Positions 17,378 through 27,466 are shown, counted from the stretch's first letter. The stretch: DNA of 64,000 nucleotides from a virus (IMGVR_UViG_3300030376_007431:21625-85624), one strand, 5' to 3'. The notes: generated by a model not told the origin, from the letters alone. Translations and numbers: made by a program.

Positions 17378-17767
17378 ATGCCTTTATTTAACAAAAAAGA
17401 ATATAGTATTTTAGAAAAAAACGGACTGTTCGTCGTCTACGAAAAAATAGAGAGTGAAGATGGTAGCTATACTAACAAAGAGGTGGCTAGCTACAATACA
17501 GAGGAGGATGCTGAAGACTCTATTAAATCAAAAAAGGAACTTAAAAAAGAAGACAGGAAGGAACGTAGAGAAGAAAAGGTCGGAGAAAGACGAGAATACC
17601 GATTAGAGAAGCTGAACGCACTAAAAGAAAAGTTTTATGCGGTTGCATCTAAAAGAAAATGGTTGTTTTTTATCATTGCAGGTGCTATAGTAGCATACCT
17701 AGTTATCTTCAAAGGCGGTTTTGGAGGCGGTGATATTCTAACTAAGATCAAAGGATTTTTTGGATAA
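17378..17767 (+). CDS. Hypothetical protein with a C-terminal TM helix
   Basis: Charged coiled region followed by WLFFIIAGAIVAYLVIF. Confidence 0.65.
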   Translation: MPLFNKKEYSILEKNGLFVVYEKIESEDGSYTNKEVASYNTEEDAEDSIKSKKELKKEDRKERREEKVGERREYRLEKLNALKEKFYAVASKRKWLFFIIAGAIVAYLVIFKGGFGGGDILTKIKGFFG

Positions 17768-17865
17768 TGAAAAAAGCAATTACTTTAGAGTGGAAAGATT
17801 TTTTACTTGGTGTTTTTTTGAGTGCTACTATTTGTATGGGATTCTATATTTTTAGAGGTATGTAA
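17767..17865 (+). CDS. Small single-TM protein (32 aa, MKKAITLEWKDFLLGVFLSATICMGFYIFRGM)
   Basis: TAATG coupling with the previous stop. Fills the gap exactly. Confidence 0.55.
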   Translation: MKKAITLEWKDFLLGVFLSATICMGFYIFRGM

Positions 17866-18033
17866 ATGACTTTTGGTATGACGGCTATCGCTGTCTCTGC
17901 AGTGATGTATGTTATTGTTGGGTTTTCTTGTATTAGGCAAAAAGATCAACCACATGCGCTTATGTGGTTTTCTTATGCTATGGCTAACATTGGATTATTA
18001 TGGTACGAAATAAAGAAAATAAGCGGAGGCTAG
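17866..18033 (+). CDS. Small two-TM membrane protein (55 aa, MTFGMTAIAVSAVMYVIVG...)
   Basis: ATG immediately after the previous TAA, two hydrophobic segments, ends at TAG 18031-18033. Confidence 0.65.
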   Translation: MTFGMTAIAVSAVMYVIVGFSCIRQKDQPHALMWFSYAMANIGLLWYEIKKISGG

Positions 18034-19475
18034 AAGACGTAGCTGCAGAAAGAGCTGTGCTTGCAGGCCTTTGTCAATATGGGATAGATGTCCTTCTTGA
18101 TATTGATTACATTGACACTGATTACTTTGTAGATGACAAGAATCAGATTATATTTAATTGTGTTAAGAAGGCTTTAAAGGATACGCAGAGAGCTGAGTTA
18201 GCTTCAATCCTATCTGCAGCGAATCAACTCGACTTATACGCTAATATCAGCAATCAGGAAGAGATAGGCTTTTTGCGGTCTTTGTTCAATTTTCCAATAC
18301 ATCAAGAAAATGTCAGAGTTCACGCCGAGAAGCTAGCTAAACTTAAAGTGGCTAGGGATGTCAAGCAGACGCTTAGTATCTGCTCTTCTAGAATTGAAAA
18401 GATAACTGGAGATGAAGATATAAACGACATCATCTCAATCGTAGAGACTCCCGTTCTTGATGCCACGGCTAAAATATATCAAACATCTGATAACAAACCG
18501 GAAATTATCGGAGGAGAACTGGAAGAGTATATCGAGTTCTTGAAAGACAACCAGAGCGAAATGATGGGAATTAGTACTGGCTTCCCTACCTATGATGAGG
18601 CAATCGGTGGTGGCCTAAGAAGAAAGTGCGTGGATCTTGTCGCTGCTCGCCCAAAGGTTGGTAAGTCTATGTTTGGTGACGCCGTAGCTATGCATGTCGC
18701 TAAGAACCTAAATATCCCTGTGTTAATGCTAGATACAGAAATGTCAAAGGAAGACCACCTCAATCGTATGCTGGCAAACATTAGCGGTGTTGAAATAAAT
18801 AATATCGCCAGCGGAAATTTTGCAAGCAACAATCTTAATACTGAAAAAATTGAGTGTGCTGCGGATGAACTTTCTGAAATACCTTATCATTATGTGAGTA
18901 TTGCGGGACAACCTTTCGAGAATATATTGAGTATAATGCGTAAATGGATTTACCAAGAGGTTGGTTTTGATGAGAACGGCAGAACAAAAGATTGTTTAAT
19001 TATTTATGACTACCTGAAACTAATGAACTCTTCCAGTATTTCTAACTCTATGCAGGAGTTCCAAGTGTTGGGGTTTCAAATAACACAACTTCATAACTTC
19101 TGTGTTAAGTATGATGTCCCCTGCCTAAGCTTTGTGCAGTTAAACAGAGATGGAATTACAAAAGAGTCAACAGACGTTGTTTCAGGATCTGACAGGCTTA
19201 TATGGCTATGTACGAGCTTTACTATCTTTAAGATGAAGTCCGACGAAGAAATTGCTGATGACGATGAAGACAATGGTAATAGAAAACTTGTTCCGATTGT
19301 TGCTAGACATGGAGCAGGACTTGATGACGGTGATTACATAAATATGAATATGTTTGGAAAGTTTGGCAAGCTAGTAGAAGGCCAGACAAGAAATCAATTG
19401 AAAACTAAATCTAGGATTAGGGATAATGGATTCGACTCAGCAGGTGAACAACCAGCAGATATTGAAGCTGTCTAA
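18000..19475 (+). CDS. dnaB: Replicative DNA helicase DnaB
   Basis: AERAVLAG, GISTGF, AARPKVGKS, LDTEM, IYDYLKLM and QLNR. Confidence 0.95.
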   Translation: MVRNKENKRRLEDVAAERAVLAGLCQYGIDVLLDIDYIDTDYFVDDKNQIIFNCVKKALKDTQRAELASILSAANQLDLYANISNQEEIGFLRSLFNFPIHQENVRVHAEKLAKLKVARDVKQTLSICSSRIEKITGDEDINDIISIVETPVLDATAKIYQTSDNKPEIIGGELEEYIEFLKDNQSEMMGISTGFPTYDEAIGGGLRRKCVDLVAARPKVGKSMFGDAVAMHVAKNLNIPVLMLDTEMSKEDHLNRMLANISGVEINNIASGNFASNNLNTEKIECAADELSEIPYHYVSIAGQPFENILSIMRKWIYQEVGFDENGRTKDCLIIYDYLKLMNSSSISNSMQEFQVLGFQITQLHNFCVKYDVPCLSFVQLNRDGITKESTDVVSGSDRLIWLCTSFTIFKMKSDEEIADDDEDNGNRKLVPIVARHGAGLDDGDYINMNMFGKFGKLVEGQTRNQLKTKSRIRDNGFDSAGEQPADIEAV

Positions 19476-20478
19476 CCAGCTATTTACAAAATTGGATGCA
19501 CTGTTAAAATACTTTGATATAGACTATATTGAGTACCCAAATAGGTATGCGTTTGCATGTCCTATACATGGTGGAGATAACCCAGAGGGGTGCAGTATCT
19601 TTACTGACGGGAATACAGCTAAAGGAAACTGGAATTGTTGGACTAACAACTGTCAAGAAGATTTCGGCAGGAATCTATTTGGTTTTGTGCGAGGTGTGCT
19701 TTCTAATGACAGGGCCACAACAGTCAGTATTCAAGAGACGGTAAAATTCTGTTTGAAATTTCTTGGGCTAAGTAGTGATGACTTACAATTTGTCAAAGAC
19801 ATAGAAACCAACAATGACATTAAACTCTTGGATATTTTTGATAGAAGCCCACAAAGAACAGAATCCTCTATAGATAGAGCAACTGTAATAGAGAGCATTG
19901 ACATTCCTGCAAAATATTATATTAACCGAGGTTACACGCAAGAGATCCTCAAGACATTTGATATAGGAACCTGCAACAAAAAAAGCAGACCAATGTCCGG
20001 AAGAGTTGTTGTCCCAATCTATGATGAAGGATATAATTACATTGGCTGCATAGGAAGAGCGAAGTATGATAACATGAAACCAAAGTGGTTGCATAGCAAA
20101 GGCTTTAAGAAAAGCTCATATCTATATGGCCTCAATGTGGCGAAAGACAAGATACTTTCTACATCAACAGCAGTTTTAGTTGAAGGTCAAGGTGATGTAT
20201 GGCGTATGCACGAGGCTGGAATTACAAATACAGTCGGTATATTCGGAGCTAACCTGAGTGATGATCAACTAGTACTTTTGGAGAGAAGTGGAGCACTTAA
20301 TCTAGTTATATTAACTGATTACGACGATGCCGGCTGTAGAGCTGCTGAACAGATAATTGCTAAATGCGGAAGAAGATTCAATTACTACCGTCCTGAAATC
20401 ACAGAAAAAGATGTTGGAGACATGACGGTAGAACAAATACAAACACAAATTATAGATGAATTGGACGGAGTAATATAA
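19426..20478 (+). CDS. dnaG: DNA primase (zinc finger + Toprim)
   Basis: CPIH..WNCWTNNC zinc-binding domain, GRVVVPIYD, VLVEGQGD and LTDYDDAG. Confidence 0.92.
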   Translation: MDSTQQVNNQQILKLSNQLFTKLDALLKYFDIDYIEYPNRYAFACPIHGGDNPEGCSIFTDGNTAKGNWNCWTNNCQEDFGRNLFGFVRGVLSNDRATTVSIQETVKFCLKFLGLSSDDLQFVKDIETNNDIKLLDIFDRSPQRTESSIDRATVIESIDIPAKYYINRGYTQEILKTFDIGTCNKKSRPMSGRVVVPIYDEGYNYIGCIGRAKYDNMKPKWLHSKGFKKSSYLYGLNVAKDKILSTSTAVLVEGQGDVWRMHEAGITNTVGIFGANLSDDQLVLLERSGALNLVILTDYDDAGCRAAEQIIAKCGRRFNYYRPEITEKDVGDMTVEQIQTQIIDELDGVI

Positions 20479-21299
20479 TGACAAAAATCATTGCCTTTGC
20501 CGGCAAGAAACAATCTGGCAAGAATACATGCTGCTCGTTTTTACATGGGTATCAGTTGAGGTCATACCATTTGGTCGAAGATTTCGGTCTGGATGAGGAA
20601 GGTTGCTTAGTTGTAGACACTATGATGCTCGACGCATCTGGACAAGCTCAAAAAACAATGGGCGCCCTAGATGTCACTAGAACAGACCACGATTTTAGTT
20701 TGTGGGCAGCGTCAAACATGTGGCCCTTTGTTAAGCATTACTCTTTCGCATCGGCGCTTAAAGAAATATGCGTTGGTTTATTTGGTCTCAGTAAAGACCA
20801 GTGTTATGGCTCTGATATAGACAAGAATCAGCTTACTTGGTTTAGGTGGTCAGACATGCCCGGATATAAAGGCAAGAAAAAAGATAAGATGACAGCTAGA
20901 GAGTTTATGCAGTATGTTGGAACAGATGTATTTAGATACATACATCCAAGCATATGGACTGATAGAACATTATCTAGCATTAGCAATGAGTCTCCTGCCT
21001 TGGCGCTCATCTCAGATTGTCGATTCCAAAATGAGGTGGAGGCCGTACAGAGAGCGGGAGGAAAAATAATTAAACTTACTAGAGGTTTAGATTCCGATGG
21101 CCACTCTAGTGAAACCTCTGTGGATAAACTTAAGGGGTGTGATGCGATCATCGACAATTCTAAATTAACCATCGAAGAGACAAACGGTGAGATTGTAGAA
21201 CTTATGAACTCTTGGGGTTGGCTCGGTAGTGTAATCGAGAAGCCTAAAGAAAAAGACCCAGACAATTTAGTCGGCGGCATACAAAAGATTAAGGAATAA
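20478..21299 (+). CDS. Deoxynucleoside monophosphate kinase (T4 gp1/T5-like)
   Basis: AFAGKKQSGKNT, SFASALK, AREFMQYVGTD, ISDCRFQNE and HSSE. Confidence 0.88.
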   Translation: MTKIIAFAGKKQSGKNTCCSFLHGYQLRSYHLVEDFGLDEEGCLVVDTMMLDASGQAQKTMGALDVTRTDHDFSLWAASNMWPFVKHYSFASALKEICVGLFGLSKDQCYGSDIDKNQLTWFRWSDMPGYKGKKKDKMTAREFMQYVGTDVFRYIHPSIWTDRTLSSISNESPALALISDCRFQNEVEAVQRAGGKIIKLTRGLDSDGHSSETSVDKLKGCDAIIDNSKLTIEETNGEIVELMNSWGWLGSVIEKPKEKDPDNLVGGIQKIKE

Positions 21300-21300
21300 A

Positions 21301-22314
21301 ATGTTAGTAACATATATACGTAGCTCTAGCTACAACAATTTTGAGTACTGTGAGATGCAGTATTTTATGACTTATGTTTTGGGCCACCAGACAGTATCTG
21401 GCAAGAAAGCCCAGCTAGGTACAGTTGTTCATAAGGTTATGGAAGTCCTTGCTGGATGCAAAAAGATTTTACAGGATAAAGGCGAGCTATTGCTTAAGGA
21501 TGACGCTATCGGAGAGGTCGAGTTTACAAAACGTAGACTCGGAACAAAGAAATTTGTAAACGAAATCCTTAAGCGTAGCTACGACCACTATACCGGAAGT
21601 TGTAGCCATCACTACACAAATGCTGACTACAAGTTTTGTGATAAGACAACTTGGGAAGGCTTGACTTATGACGATGGCAATTTTGATCCCCGTAAAAGAA
21701 ATATAGTAGCCGCAGAGCCGCAGTTCGACATCCTTATTGAGGAAGACTGGGCTAAGTATGAATACAAAATGCCTGACGGACAAGTCATAGAAGGGCAACT
21801 AGCAATAAAGGGCACTATTGACCTTGTAACCGAAGTCGATGACGGCGTTATAGAGGTTATTGACTGGAAGACTGGAAGACGATTAAATTGGGCTACAGGT
21901 GAAGAGAAGACATATGAGAAGCTATGCAAAGACCCGCAATTAATGCTCTATCATTATGCTATTTCTAAGCTTTTTCCTGAATATCAAGATGCAATCATGT
22001 CGATATATTTTATTAGAGACGGCGGTCCATTTAGCATTTGTTTTGAGGAAAGTGACAGACAAAAGTTTTTAGGTATGCTTAAAGATAGGTTTGAACAAAT
22101 TAAGAAAACAACACGACCAAAAATGTTATCTAGGAATCAGGCGCATTGGAAGTGTCAGAAGCTTTGTGATTTCTGCAAAAAAGATTGGCCCGGAACTAAT
22201 GAGAGTATGTGTAAACATGTTAGTGACCACCTAGATCAATTTGGAATGTTAGATACAGTACAAAATTGCACAAGAGAAGGATTTGATGTTGGATACTACG
22301 AAGCGCCCGGATAA
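21301..22314 (+). CDS. PD-(D/E)XK exonuclease, Cas4/AddB/RecB-like, probable Fe-S cluster
   Basis: SSS..YC, GTVVHKVME, KGTIDLV, IDWKTG, QLMLY and C-terminal Cys cluster CQKLCDFC. Confidence 0.88.
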   Translation: MLVTYIRSSSYNNFEYCEMQYFMTYVLGHQTVSGKKAQLGTVVHKVMEVLAGCKKILQDKGELLLKDDAIGEVEFTKRRLGTKKFVNEILKRSYDHYTGSCSHHYTNADYKFCDKTTWEGLTYDDGNFDPRKRNIVAAEPQFDILIEEDWAKYEYKMPDGQVIEGQLAIKGTIDLVTEVDDGVIEVIDWKTGRRLNWATGEEKTYEKLCKDPQLMLYHYAISKLFPEYQDAIMSIYFIRDGGPFSICFEESDRQKFLGMLKDRFEQIKKTTRPKMLSRNQAHWKCQKLCDFCKKDWPGTNESMCKHVSDHLDQFGMLDTVQNCTREGFDVGYYEAPG

Positions 22315-22327
22315 AGGAAGAAAAAAG

Positions 22328-22951
22328 ATGGAACACTATTATCAAGATGTAGAGGGATGGTGGGGAGAACCTGATGTCTCTAAATATAAAGAAATGGTAA
22401 GAAAATTTGATAGCGGCTCTCATTTTGTAGAGATAGGCTCTTTTAAGGGCAAAAGCACTGCGTGTATGGGTGTTGAAATTATAAATAGTGGTAAAGAGAT
22501 AAAGTATGACCAAGTAGACACTTGGCTTGGTTCTACTGAGCATAGAGGTGACCCAAGTATAATCGGTGGAACTTTATTTGATGAGTTCAATAAAAACACT
22601 GAAAAGGTTTCACATGTGATCAATCCTATTAGACTTGCGTCAGTGGAAGCATCTAAGCTTTACGAAGATGAATCTTTAGATTTTGTCTTCATTGACGCAG
22701 CACATGACCTTGTTAATGTTTTGAAGGATATAACTTCTTGGATTCCAAAAGTTAAGAAGGGCGGCGTGATTGCTGGGCATGATTATGGCGGAGGCTTTTT
22801 TGGCGTGAACGGAGCGGTTGATAATTACTTTGCGCAAATTCCAGAAGCTAAGGTAGAGTCTACGCCTGACTGCTCTTGGTGGCTCGTAAATAAGAATTTT
22901 CAAATTCCAGAATATTTAGATTTTCAGTATGTGTGGAACAAGATACAATGA
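22328..22951 (+). CDS. Class I SAM-dependent methyltransferase (Methyltransf_24-like, probably acting on a small molecule or glycan)
   Basis: VEIGSFKGKS, VDTW, DFVFIDAAH and GGVIAGHDY. Likely start is ATG 22328. Confidence 0.88.
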   Translation: MEHYYQDVEGWWGEPDVSKYKEMVRKFDSGSHFVEIGSFKGKSTACMGVEIINSGKEIKYDQVDTWLGSTEHRGDPSIIGGTLFDEFNKNTEKVSHVINPIRLASVEASKLYEDESLDFVFIDAAHDLVNVLKDITSWIPKVKKGGVIAGHDYGGGFFGVNGAVDNYFAQIPEAKVESTPDCSWWLVNKNFQIPEYLDFQYVWNKIQ

Positions 22952-23430
22952 TAGAAGTACAAATTACAGACGACATGAAGAAAAGAGCTTGGGCAAAATC
23001 CAGAGAGATGGGAGTGATTAAGAACTCCATCATGAAGGGCGATGGAAATATCGCAGGCTTTTTAGGTGAAGAGGTTGCAAATGTTGTTATCAATGGTACA
23101 ATAAACAACACATATGATTACGACTTGGTTGCACAAGATGGGACTAAGTATGATGTAAAAACAAAGAGATGTACCTCAGCACCTAAACCGTTTTACGATT
23201 GCTCAGTAGCAAACTTTAACACTAAACAAAAGTGTGACCGTTATGTATTTGTCCGAATCGAGAACAAAAATAAGAGATGGGGCAGAGCTTGGGTTTTAGG
23301 CTGGATGGGACACGACGAGTATTTTGAAAAGGCTCGCAAATTGACTAAGGGACAAACAGATCCGTCAAACGGCTTTGTTGTTAGAGCAGACTGCCATAAT
23401 GTGGCTATCTCAGAATTGAATGAATTTTAA
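22948..23430 (+). CDS. Restriction-endonuclease-fold (PD-(D/E)XK) protein
   Basis: GEEV..YDYDLV..YDVKTK. Likely start is ATG 22948. Confidence 0.6.
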   Translation: MIEVQITDDMKKRAWAKSREMGVIKNSIMKGDGNIAGFLGEEVANVVINGTINNTYDYDLVAQDGTKYDVKTKRCTSAPKPFYDCSVANFNTKQKCDRYVFVRIENKNKRWGRAWVLGWMGHDEYFEKARKLTKGQTDPSNGFVVRADCHNVAISELNEF

Positions 23431-23447
23431 CATTAGGACATATTGAC

Positions 23448-25019
23448 ATGAATTGGGTTCCATTAAATGTGAAGACGCATTTTAGTCTTCAGAGAGGATT
23501 CTCTAAACCTGACAAGCTAGCTAAAAAGTGCAAAGAATTTGGGTACACAGCTTGTGCTATTACAGACATTAATACTATTTCTGGAGCTGTTACATTCTAC
23601 AAAGAGTGCAAAAAGAATGGCATAAAACCTATAATTGGTTGCACTTTAGAGTTTGATAACGGCAAGAAGAAGACTCTCATTTCTAAGAACAAAAAAGGGT
23701 GGTATGCGTTAATTGACTTGGTGTCAAAAAAGAATATGTATGAAGACGATGTGGTATATAAACTTATACAGTCTTCGCTTGACGAGAATCTAATATGCGT
23801 TGATGGACTTAAGCAATATTCTACATACTATGTTGAGCCTTCCGAAGCGGAGGTACACAGAATATTATTGTGTTCAGGCATGAAGACAACAATGTCTAAA
23901 GCCAAATCCAAACTAGACTCGTTCAAACATCTAAAACCGTTCTTTTCCTCAGACGGTTTTTATTTGCCAAACATGCAAGAAGTTGAAGAAAAATATACAA
24001 GTGAGCAGATTGTTCTTAGTGTAGAGATAGCGGATCAATGTGAAGAGTATAACATCTTAGGCGCTCCAATGTTGCCAGAATTTGACTGTCCCGATGATTA
24101 CACAGAAGACGAATATCTAAAGCAGTTATGTAGGGACGGCTGGCGTAAATTGCTTACTGAGACTGGTAAGATTGACGACGAAACTAGAAAGCAACAGTAT
24201 CTCGACAGAATCAAAAATGAGATGGATGTTATATTTGAAGCTAAGCTTTCTGGATACTTTCTGATTGTTCAGGATATTGTCAACCATGTAAGGTCTCAGA
24301 ATTGGCTTCCGGGCCCCGGAAGAGGCTCCGCTGCAGGATGTCTGATTTCTTATCTGATTGGTATTACTGAAATTGACCCGATTGAGTATGATTTAATTTT
24401 TGAGCGGTTCTACAACGCTGGACGTAATACCGAAGATCACGTATCGCTCCCTGATATTGACTTAGACGTACCTGCAGAAAACAGGGATGAGGTAATAACA
24501 TACATCAAATCAAAGTATGGGCAAGACAACGTATCACAAATGATTACATTTAATAAGCTGCAGGGTAGAGCTGCACTTAAAGAAATCATGCGTATAAACA
24601 GCACTGTCTCTTTCGGAGAGATGAACGATGTAACCAAAAACATTCCTAATGAAGCCGATGTTTCTGACCTGATTGAGCAAAGCGGAGAGAAATCCTTGAT
24701 AAAGTGGACACTAAAATATCAGCCTGAAGTTTTGGATAGATGGTGTAAGTTGAACAGCGAAGACGATCTTGTGGGTCCTTTGTCGTTGGTTTTTGAGCAG
24801 GCTATGGACATAGAGGGAACGATCAAGTCGCAGGGTAAACACGCGGCTGGAGTAATCATATCATCGAATAAACTAACTCAAGTTTGCCCGATGGTGCAAG
24901 ATAAAAACAACAACCTTGTTGCTGGTTTTGAAATGGGAGACCTTGAAGAACAGGGACATGTTAAATTTGATATATTGGGCATTGACCTACTTAGTAAAAT
25001 AATGGAGATAAAAGAATAA
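23448..25019 (+). CDS. dnaE: DNA polymerase III alpha, N-terminal part (degenerate PHP + palm)
   Basis: AITD, GPGRGSAAG, LIFERFYN, SLPDIDLD, GKHAAGV and VKFDILG, then a stop codon. Confidence 0.93.
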   Translation: MNWVPLNVKTHFSLQRGFSKPDKLAKKCKEFGYTACAITDINTISGAVTFYKECKKNGIKPIIGCTLEFDNGKKKTLISKNKKGWYALIDLVSKKNMYEDDVVYKLIQSSLDENLICVDGLKQYSTYYVEPSEAEVHRILLCSGMKTTMSKAKSKLDSFKHLKPFFSSDGFYLPNMQEVEEKYTSEQIVLSVEIADQCEEYNILGAPMLPEFDCPDDYTEDEYLKQLCRDGWRKLLTETGKIDDETRKQQYLDRIKNEMDVIFEAKLSGYFLIVQDIVNHVRSQNWLPGPGRGSAAGCLISYLIGITEIDPIEYDLIFERFYNAGRNTEDHVSLPDIDLDVPAENRDEVITYIKSKYGQDNVSQMITFNKLQGRAALKEIMRINSTVSFGEMNDVTKNIPNEADVSDLIEQSGEKSLIKWTLKYQPEVLDRWCKLNSEDDLVGPLSLVFEQAMDIEGTIKSQGKHAAGVIISSNKLTQVCPMVQDKNNNLVAGFEMGDLEEQGHVKFDILGIDLLSKIMEIKE

Positions 25020-25234
25020 TGGATGTTACAGCTGACTATAAGTCTGTCCTGTTTTCAGGATGCGCTATTGAATACAAAGATATTAGCCTATGCAATTTAG
25101 GCTCATATTTACCTTCAAGACTTGGTATGTCTCGAACATATCAGGTTCACTCAAAGAAACATAAGTTCAGTAAAATATACAAAAATGTTGATGATGCTGT
25201 CTGCATGTTTCTAGAACTAAAGAGGAGATCTTAA
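25019..25234 (+). CDS. Hypothetical protein between the dnaE halves
   Basis: TAATG-coupled 71-aa ORF. Confidence 0.6.
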   Translation: MDVTADYKSVLFSGCAIEYKDISLCNLGSYLPSRLGMSRTYQVHSKKHKFSKIYKNVDDAVCMFLELKRRS

Positions 25235-25923
25235 TGAATTACAGAGATATAATTGTTTTTGACTTTGAAACCGGATCTAGAAATCCACACAAGACACAGC
25301 CAACGCAAATCGCAGCTATCGCCCTTCATGGTCGTAAGCTGACGGTTCAACCCGGAGGAGTCTTTAACAGCGAAATCCGCCCCATTCTAGATGACAAAAA
25401 AGCGATTGAGGCAGGCTTTGATCCTATAGAAGACGAAGCTCTTGACATCACAGGCAAGACACGTAAAGCATTAGCCAAGGCGCCCCTACCTAAAACGGTA
25501 TGGCAGAAGTTTGAAGACTTTTGTAATAAGTTTAATTTTAGAGGCACATCTTATACTGCTCCTATTGCTGCCGGTTACAATATCATTGGTTTTGACCTGC
25601 CAATCGTTCAGCGTATGTGTGACATGCACGGGACTACTGACTCAAGAGGTCGCCAAACTGTGTTCAATCCGATCTTTAAGTTAGACTTGATGGATATGGT
25701 ATTCTCTTGGACTGAGAACAATAAGGACTTCAAGAGCCTCAGCATGGACTTTCTAAGAGACTATATGGGCTTCCCTGAAGAAAGCAAGGAGAACGCTCAC
25801 GACGCGCTACAGGACGTTAAAGACACAGCTAATATACTTATTAAGTTTTTAAAGTTCCAGAGAAACATTTCGGAAAAAACCAAATTTGAGAAAGCATTTG
25901 CAAATGGCGAATTCTACGTTTAA
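25234..25923 (+). CDS. DEDDh 3'-5' exonuclease (DnaQ/epsilon-like proofreader)
   Basis: ExoI VFDFETG, ExoII AGYN..FD and ExoIII AHDALQD. Confidence 0.88.
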   Translation: MNYRDIIVFDFETGSRNPHKTQPTQIAAIALHGRKLTVQPGGVFNSEIRPILDDKKAIEAGFDPIEDEALDITGKTRKALAKAPLPKTVWQKFEDFCNKFNFRGTSYTAPIAAGYNIIGFDLPIVQRMCDMHGTTDSRGRQTVFNPIFKLDLMDMVFSWTENNKDFKSLSMDFLRDYMGFPEESKENAHDALQDVKDTANILIKFLKFQRNISEKTKFEKAFANGEFYV

Positions 25924-27466
25924 TATTGATGACTATAATGACTCTGGTGTTTGGGATTTAATTTGTGAGGGACAAACAAAAGGTGTCTTTCAGTTAGAGT
26001 CACAGCTTGGCAGATCGTGGGCTAAAAGGGTGCGTCCTCGCAACATTGAAGAATTAGCAGCGTTAATATCTTTGATTAGGCCCGGATGTCTGAAGGCTTT
26101 TACCGAAGGTAAATCAATGACACAGCATTATGTTGACCGTAAAGCTGGTATTGATGAAGTCAAATATTTACATGAAAGTCTTAAGCCAATCCTTGAAGAG
26201 ACTTATGGGGTTCTTGTGTATCAAGAGCAATCCATGAAGATTGCACAGCAGCTTGCGGGATTTGATTTAAAGGAAGCGGATAGTCTTCGTAAGGCCATCG
26301 GTAAGAAAAAGGCAGACTTAATGAACCAGATCAAAGGGTCTTTCCTTGAGGGGGCCGTTTCTGTTGGAGGATTAGAAAAAGAAACTGCGGAAGAAATCTT
26401 TAGCTGGATCGAAAAGTCAAATAGATATGCGTTTAACAAGTCTCACGCTGTATCTTATGCTGTTAACGCCTACAGGAGCGCATACTGCAAACATTACAGA
26501 AAGGTAAAGTTTTTTGAGGTTTATCTAAATCACTCTGAAAGAAAACCAGATAGTCAACTAGAAATTAAAGAGCTGGTTTCTGATTCTAAGATGTACGATA
26601 TAGAAAATTTGCCACCCAGACTGGGCCATTTTTATGAAGATTTTACAGCCAAAGACAACACAATATATTTTGGGATTACTAGCGTTAAGGGCGTTGGTGG
26701 GTCAGAGGCAAATAAAATGCTGTCGCTTATACCTGATCTTGAGGAAAGGTTAGACAAGCAGTTTTCAGAGTTTACATGGGCTGATACGTTATTCAATTTT
26801 GGCCTCAAGATAAATAAGACATGTATGGAGTCTCTTATAAATGTTGGAGCCTTTAATGGTTCAAACAATAGAAAGCACCGAAATGCAATGCTTTATGAAT
26901 ACAAGAGCTATAGAAATCTTTCTTCTAGGGAAAGAGAATGGCTGTCGGAAAACTATCTAGACACAGCATCTTTGGTTCAAAACATTGATAATATGATAAA
27001 CAATCTAAAAATAAACTCAAATAGACTAATCAAGGTATTTGATGTTCGTAATGTTGTTGAGTCTCCTCCTTTTGATATATCCGATCATCCAGACTGGATA
27101 GCTGATACAGAAAAAAAGTATATGGGTACATCTCTAACATTTTCAAAAACCGATTCTATCCAAAGCTCAATAGTTGACTCTACATGTAAAGAAATATTAA
27201 CAGGTAAAACGGGTAAGGTAACGCTTGTCCTGCATGTGAACTCTCTTAGGGAATACACAACTAAGAATGGGAAAAATCCGGGACAGATCATGGCGTTCCT
27301 ATCAGTAGAAGATAGCACAGCTACGCTAGACTCGGCTATAGTATTCCCAGATGCGTATGAAGAATTCAAGGGTATATTGTACGAAGGTAATACTGTAATA
27401 GCATTCGGACAAGTTTCTAAGAAAAAAGATACAAGTTTGATCATTAACAAAGTGTCTCAAGCATAA
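25904..27466 (+). CDS. dnaE: DNA polymerase III alpha, C-terminal part (fingers, HhH, OB)
   Basis: GVFQLES, LIRPG, ETYGVLVYQEQ, LRKAIGKKK, YAFNKSHAVSY and OB-fold MAFLSVED..VFP. Likely start is ATG 25904. Confidence 0.93.
   Translation: MANSTFNIDDYNDSGVWDLICEGQTKGVFQLESQLGRSWAKRVRPRNIEELAALISLIRPGCLKAFTEGKSMTQHYVDRKAGIDEVKYLHESLKPILEETYGVLVYQEQSMKIAQQLAGFDLKEADSLRKAIGKKKADLMNQIKGSFLEGAVSVGGLEKETAEEIFSWIEKSNRYAFNKSHAVSYAVNAYRSAYCKHYRKVKFFEVYLNHSERKPDSQLEIKELVSDSKMYDIENLPPRLGHFYEDFTAKDNTIYFGITSVKGVGGSEANKMLSLIPDLEERLDKQFSEFTWADTLFNFGLKINKTCMESLINVGAFNGSNNRKHRNAMLYEYKSYRNLSSREREWLSENYLDTASLVQNIDNMINNLKINSNRLIKVFDVRNVVESPPFDISDHPDWIADTEKKYMGTSLTFSKTDSIQSSIVDSTCKEILTGKTGKVTLVLHVNSLREYTTKNGKNPGQIMAFLSVEDSTATLDSAIVFPDAYEEFKGILYEGNTVIAFGQVSKKKDTSLIINKVSQA

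Noticed and set aside
21301-22314. Cas4-like gene as a sign of a CRISPR-Cas locus
   Set aside because: No repeat-spacer array or other cas gene is in the window. Standalone Cas4/AddB-like nucleases are common in phage replication modules.
22328-23430. MTase next to a REase-fold gene as a restriction-modification system
   Set aside because: The MTase has Methyltransf_24-type motifs (FIDAAH, GHDY), not DNA MTase DPPY/NPPY or PC motifs.
25853-25923. Programmed +1 frameshift fusing the exonuclease to DnaE-C (frames overlap ~70 nt, near GGAAAAAAC)
   Set aside because: An in-frame ATG at 25904 explains DnaE-C, and I see no stimulatory structure. Not supportable without proteomics.
23448-27466. 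Split intein in DnaE
   Set aside because: There is no Cys/Ser intein N-terminus after the N-part, no HN-C junction, and YAFNKSH is intact.
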